The notes under the pieces were generated by a model. The model saw only the letters and a program-made list of their open reading frames with translations. It was not told the DNA's origin and did not search any database. A stretch of 64,000 bases of DNA from Callorhinchus milii (taxonomy: Eukaryota), in NCBI RefSeq assembly GCF_018977255.1, contig NW_024704743.1, positions 11,286,001 through 11,350,000 of the forward strand, in the 5' to 3' direction. The translations under genes were made by a program, and so were the position numbers. Of the stretch, positions 63,128-64,000 are shown piece after piece. The first letter of the stretch is position 1, and each line of letters starts with the position of its first letter.

Positions 63128-64000
63128 AGACAGAGACGGAGGGGATGGCTGATGTACTGAATGAGTACTTTGCATCTATCTTCACAAAAGAGGATGCAGC
63201 CAATGCCACAGTATTGCACGAGAGGGTAAAGAAATTCAATAGGATAAGAATAAACAGAGGAGGTAATAAAATAGTTGACGGTGCTCAAGGTAGATACGTT
63301 ACCCGGTCCGGAAGGGGTGCATCCGGAGGGAAGTAAGGGAGGAAATAGACCAGTCAGCCTAACGTCAGTTGTGGGGAAACTTCTAGAGACTATAATCTGG
63401 GACAAAATAAATTTTCACTTAGAAAAATATGGGTTAATAAAGGACAGCCAACACGGATTTGTTAAAGGCAAATCAAGTCTAACAAACCTGATAGAGTTTT
63501 TTTGATGAAGTAACAGAGAGGGTGGATGAAGGTAGTGCAGTTGATGTATTTTATATGGATTTTCAAAAGGCGTTTGACAAAGTGCCACATAGGAGACTTG
63601 TAAGCAAAATAGAAGCCCATGTTATTAAAGGGACAGTGGCAGCATGGATACAGAACTGGCTGGGAGACAGAAAGTAGGGAGTGGTGGTGAACGGTTGTCT
63701 TCCTGACTGGAGGGGACCGAGTGGTGTCCCCCGGGGGTTGGTTTTGGGACCACTGCTGTTTTTGATCTATACAAATGACCTGGACTTGGGTACAGGGAGT
63801 ACAATTTCCAAGTTTTCAGATGATAGCAGATAACTACAAGAGGACATAGACAGACTGGTAAAATGGGCAGACACGTGGCAGATGAAGTTTAATGTGGAGA
63901 AATGCAAAGTGATGCATTTTGGGAGGAGGAATGAGGAGAGACAATATAAGCCGATGGTACAATCTTAAAGGGGGTGAAGGAACAGAGAGACCTGAGGGTT
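63128..64000 (+). mobile_element. CR1 LINE RT fragment (runs off the window)
   Basis: NEYFASIFTKE, RPVSLTSVVGKLLE, QHGFVKGKS, YMDFQKAFDKVPH and WADTWQMKFN. Confidence 0.92.

Overview
Vertebrate genomic DNA, most likely from a cartilaginous fish (chimaera/holocephalan-like, inferred from the SINE, L2 and CR1 repertoire). The only host gene I can support is the 5' end of an ATP-dependent 6-phosphofructokinase on the minus strand, most like platelet-type PFKP. Coding exon 1 (28062-27972, MAQHSPRKLFENLNGAGKAIGVLTSGGDAQ/G) lies in a CpG-island promoter. Coding exon 2 (8498-8425, [25 protein letters not shown]) follows a ~19.5-kb intron. I did not find exon 3, which is presumably left of the window. 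The rest is intron or upstream sequence filled with decayed L2 and CR1 LINEs and two tRNA-headed SINE families that share an L2-type tail, one carrying a Deu-domain. There is also a probable solo LTR, a ~35-bp satellite array broken by an L2 and an inverted block, a ~1-kb G-rich tract and a microsatellite. Nearly all ORF-track entries are LINE fragments or noise. The most interesting observations are: (1) a Penelope-type minimal hammerhead ribozyme core between two inverted SINE heads (~48.1 kb); (2) recurrent fold-back structures with convergent SINE 5' heads as terminal inverted repeats, one a perfect 67-bp pair; (3) an inverted-duplicated element in PFKP intron 1 that preserves a HIF-type TACGTGC core, plus further HRE-like sites. 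Repeat boundaries were read by eye and are approximate to tens of bp. No database searches were run.
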